Of a stretch of 64,000 bases of DNA, positions 59,814 to 64,000 are shown piece by piece. The notes beneath the pieces were generated by a model. It did no database searches and was not told the origin of the DNA. It was given only the letters and a program-made list of their open reading frames with translations. Every line of letters starts with the position of its first letter. The stretch's first letter is position 1. This stretch comes from Rhodosorus marinus CCMP1338 (lineage: Eukaryota > Plantae > Rhodophyta): contig JAMWBK010000009.1 in the NCBI GenBank assembly GCA_029953675.1, forward strand, positions 124,001 through 188,000, given 5' to 3'. The position numbers and the translations under genes were made by a program.

Positions 59814-60182
59814 TAGTAGACGAACAGATCCTCAAGCACGGAAGACCTCGAGTCAAAGATCAACCGCCCAACTCCACTATTTCCTCAGGTGAAAGACTCC
59901 AATCGAGTTCGGTTGACACGGAACTCACTTGCAAGCTCATGTCATGGTAGAACACAGGATGATCCGCACATGCAGCAACCAACGAGAAAGTGCTTGTGGA
60001 CGTGCAGATCTCTTACCAGCCCTCTTGGGGTTGGATTAGTCTGCGGTTACGCTCTCGCGGCATGGCACGTCCCAACGGGTGGGGGTGGGGGAGACCCGCG
60101 AGGCAGAGCGGGACGAATCCTTTTTCTTTGCTATTTGCCACAGCAAGCAACAGTTTCCCGAGCTTCCCGGGTGCCCTCCGTG

Positions 60183-60236
60183 ATCCGTGCTCTCTCGGGT
60201 ACGGCTGCTCTCTCGGGCATCCGTGCTCTCCCGAGG
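60183..60236. repeat. 3 x 18-bp imperfect repeat
   Basis: atccgtgctctctcgggt / acggctgctctctcgggc / atccgtgctctcccgagg. Confidence 0.75.
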
Positions 60237-60358
60237 CCATAAGATCGGAGACGCATCTCAGTTGGGCGGGAAGGGAGCTGAGTGGAATTAGGTATTTGTG
60301 AAGCTTGCTCGGCAGATCACGACGGAAGCTAAAACACTGGTTTCTCGTCATTTTACGA

Positions 60359-61550
60359 TTAGCGGAAGCTGTAGAACAGAATTCTTGACCACATTTTAGA
60401 AACGAACCCTAGCAAACGGCAGAATGAATACCATTCGTCGTCACGAAGCTTCGGCTTTTTAACCCTCACAAGACAAAAAACTAAGGGATGCGATCTAAAA
60501 GGTCTGCTTTCGGGCATTGAGAATGCTCGATAGACTCCTCGCTTCGAACGCAAGTTTGAATGCGAATCGATCAACTTGTCCCTCGGAGTGCATACGGAAT
60601 TCAGAGGAAGTACGGAAAAATTGTAGACTTTGGGGCGGCTTTGAAAATGAAACTTTACCCCACTGCCGCGCAGCTCAAGGCTAAGCAGTAAATAGCCGGA
60701 GCCCTGCAGCGTTGTGTTCTATCGAACCACGTAAATAACTTCGACATTACCCTGTTTGTTCAACTCTTGCAAAGTTCGTTTTAAGCCCATTTTATACTAT
60801 TTGGAACCGCCCAACGAAACGGGTTCTGCAGTGTTTGGGCTCGTTGAAAGGAAGTTCGCCCGCCTATGCAAGGGCGACCACTCCCTTGGTGGACTCGTGA
60901 TACTGCAAATCGGATGCCAGAGTTGCGCATGGTGAGACGAGTGAAACTAGATTGCTCTTTTCGCTTTCCGTTGCTTCCCACAAGCATCTGACCCAATCAA
61001 CTTCTCGCTATTCGAGTACTTTGCAGCCACAATGTAGAGACTCCAGCACACGTGGAGATAGCTCAAGCAGCAAAGGAAATCAAGCACTTTCAAGGCGCGT
61101 AGCTCCGCATCAGAACGCAGCAAGATCGATCTCAGCTTCCCCTACTCAAAATGACGTACGTGAAGGAAGTGCCCAAACCTCGATATGACCGTCGCGATAA
61201 AGCCCGCGAATTCACCGCAGGAGAGCTCGGACCTTTAATCGACTGCAATCCAAAAAACCCCGCAGCAATATAAGAGAGTCCAGACTCTTCATCTAACCTA
61301 TTCTACAATCCTTCACAAGTGTTCTGGCACGTAGCTTCCAGACACATTTCCGCAGACGAAACAACGCTGGCAACTTCGCAATAAGCGGAGAACCTTTAAG
61401 AAGGTCCTCCGAGCATGGCACAGGTCAGTAAGCGTTGTACCAAGCAAGCTCATCGACCGCCGCCATGGCGTATTCTCGCGTCTGCCACCCATGCGCTGTC
61501 TAGTTCCTTCGGGCATCCTCCATTCCAGGCCCCACCAACACCCGCTAGCC
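60359..61550 (-). CDS. Possible spliced hypothetical protein
   Basis: Several open segments bounded by GT/AG (e.g. YKMGLKRTLQELNKQ; LELRGSGVKFHFQSRPKVYNF); no family recognised. Confidence 0.25.
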
Positions 61551-62718
61551 AAAATACTAAACCCGCACTATCAATCCATTGAAGTACTAATATTTACAAT
61601 AAACAAGGACAAAAAGAAACGATAGTACAATAAGATTCTCATACACTAATTTATTGAGAAATTCATTTCATCCAACGCGCTGGAACGCGCGGACGTCGAC
61701 GAAAAAGTATCTGCAAAACAGTAGGGGACCGAAACTGTCTAATTATTCAACAGAAAATCTTTACAAAAATTAATACTTCACTTTCATTGGATAATTTATC
61801 CGGAAGTAACCAATGAACAGTCAGAAGAATCTCATACGAACATGGATCGGGATGGGCAATCTTAATTTTTTTTCAATGAAACTAAGTCTTAGGCAATAGT
61901 GCCTCATGCTGAAGAAAAATTCAAGGTATCAGTTCAAACCCATTGGAAGACAAAAAAAACGAAAAAAAAGGAATACCCCTGGAAGATTCAGTCGCACCTT
62001 ACATTCAGATTCGAACCAATCATTCGATTCAGAGTCACCAAGGGATGGCCGTACAAAGACACGATTGGTCCTATTCTTCCAACACCCGATAATATCTACT
62101 AAAAACAATAAAATATAAATCCCCAAAGAATGAATTTAGATACTATATGACAATATTCACAAACCCGTTGGACCGAAAATTAATTATTGATTGACTAATA
62201 TATGAATTCATAATATTTAACCATTATTCAGTCAATATTCGCCCATCCGGTGTATAAAAATAATTAAAAACGAATTGCGGTACATTAAAACTAAACGGTC
62301 TTGTATTATATGTGGAAAATTCGATATCAATAAGAACAAAACAAAAGGAGCCGCCTGGGGGGGAGGAAGAGGAGGCAGGAGGAAGCTACTATTCCCTTAT
62401 TTTTGTATCAAGTTTCTTTTTTCGTTTACCCTTTTCAAGAGTTGGGACAGGAGCCTTGTGTTTTTAGACATTTTGAGAGGTTTATGGGAGTGAAGGGGAA
62501 GGGGGGTTCGGGGGAGCATTTCGCAAAGGAAGTTTGGAGGATGTTAAAAGGGAGTAAAAAAATTGATCATCTTAAAGGAAGTTTTGGGGTTGAATGGGAG
62601 GCAAGTTGAGATTCGGATAGGAGGATGGGGTGGCGGTGGTCGCTGTGTGTGGATGGGTGATTAATAGGATGGGTTATAAAGAGGGGAGGATGTCAGTGGA
62701 GTGTTTGAGTGACGACGG

Positions 62719-64000
62719 ATGTATAGTTTGAAAGGATGGAGAGGAATAGAGCCTGGCTTTGGTGTTTGGGTCAGGTCTGGAGTTGACGGGAGCGGTGTGA
62801 GAGGAAGAAGAGCGGTTTGCGAGATGGGGATGATGAAGGAGTCTTCTCTGCCTGGGCACGCGTGGCCATTGAGGCCCAGGACTGAGGTGAAGTATCCATT
62901 ACAAAAGAGCATCGTTCGGTTTGTCATGGGACACCCTCGGAAGAATGTGCCCTGCGTGCAGCTGAGAGATTCAGATGAGTCGGAGTTTGCAATCGTAGTC
63001 GAGGCCGGTGCGATGCGCGAATGCCTAACTATCAGGAACGGCTTTTGTGAGGAGTGGATTGACGTGGAGTATGAGGATATTGAGCAATTGGAGATCATGT
63101 TCAGAGTTCAGAAAGGTGGTGTCGAGATTGGCAGACTGGCGATTCTGGGTACAGATTTGCGGGAACGACAAGGGTCTCTTCGAAAGCCGCTCATGGAGAA
63201 CAGCGTTATTGGATACTTGACGATTGACTATCTCGTAGTTACCAACTTGCCAGCAGCTGAAATGGCCACCGTAGAGGATGGCATCAGCAACGTTCGGGCT
63301 CCAAGATTTGTAGGTCACCGGGGCTCTGGTGCGAAAGGTACCTCTCCATATATGGAGAACACTGTGCTAAGTTTCGTAAACGCCACGAGGACATCTGATG
63401 TGACACATGTGGAGCTGGACGTGCAGCTAACAAGGGATGGTGTACCAGTCATCTTTCACGATTTTCACGTTCCATTGAAGACGAACGACGAGAAAGCTTC
63501 ATGCATGGTTCCTATTTGCTCCATGACAAGCCAACAGTTTGTCGATTTGGATCCAGCGGTCTTGTGCGACGACGACACTCACCTGTCCGACGATGATTCT
63601 ACGTTGAGGTCCCGAACTAGCGTTAGGGCGCCGTTCAAAAAGCCAAGGGCGCGAGTCGAGCTGGGAGGGCCGGTGAAGGATTTAATGCCGAAGCTTGCAG
63701 ATATTTGCAATGAGGTAAGTGCATTGACTTTTTGTGCTCGAATAAGCCACTTTGGAAACGGACACTCAATAGCCTGTTCGCACCTTCCTACCATGTTTGT
63801 GTACATAGTGCCCCGTTGAAATCGGACTAATGATCGAGCTCAAGTACCCGACGCTAGAGTACCTCGAGGAGTACAAGATTCATTTTCCAAGCCGAAACCT
63901 CTTCGCCGACAGAGTCTTGGAGACAGTCCTGGAGACGGAGGGAAACTCAAGGAGGTCGATTATTTTCCTCACTTTCGATGCCGACTTGGCCATGATTTTC
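62719..64000 (+). CDS. Glycerophosphodiester phosphodiesterase (GDPD/GPCPD1-like), partial, runs off the right edge
   Basis: FVGHRGSG; ENTVLSF; VELDVQLTRDGVPVIFHD; after an intron IELKYP and IIFLTFDAD. Confidence 0.93.

Noticed and set aside
1-64000. Prokaryotic-style operon, defence system, or a single biosynthetic cluster from the carbohydrate enzymes
   Set aside because: Intron-containing eukaryotic genes on mixed strands, interspersed with housekeeping genes; linkage alone does not support a cluster.
1-64000. rRNA, tRNA, spliceosomal snRNA genes and intact transposons
   Set aside because: No diagnostic sequences, terminal repeats or transposase/RT motifs recognised by eye; a covariance-model scan would be needed to exclude divergent RNAs.

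Overview
Gene-dense eukaryotic nuclear DNA with many short GT-AG introns (mostly about 60-150 nt), so the ORF track shows only exon fragments and many antisense shadows. Plastid-type presequences with an early Phe-Val (MEAFV, MDNTEAFACFV, MEGLGFV, MMGTSFV) together with an isoamylase lacking an obvious transit peptide suggest a unicellular red alga (inference). Genes reconstructed by manual splicing, in order: Nup85 (partial), uL11/RPL12, eS1/RPS3a, TRAPPC2L, TFIIH p34/Tfb4, condensin CAP-H, GH63 mannosylglycerate-hydrolase-like, TilS-like, SAM-carrier-like SLC25, POT1, an orphan, a two-domain amidinotransferase, Cpn20, isoamylase, SLP phosphatase, sulfotransferase-2-like, LPA3/DUF1995, ArgD, GPN1, GH35 beta-galactosidase, aldo-keto reductase, calmodulin-like, TIGR04283-type GT2 and a partial GDPD. 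I recognised no rRNA, tRNA, CRISPR array or intact transposon. No single clustered new system is demonstrable from sequence alone. The best leads are: a GT2 of the family linked to bacterial arsenosugar loci; a membrane-anchored GH63 that may hydrolyse digeneaside; a Tfb4 with a (L/M)A(R/K)PPG repeat tail; a carrier with long amphipathic repeats; TilS and sulfotransferase homologues with degenerate catalytic motifs; a dead-pentein/CtlX fusion; and a divergent ribosomal protein pair sharing a promoter motif. All family assignments are by motif recognition, not database search.
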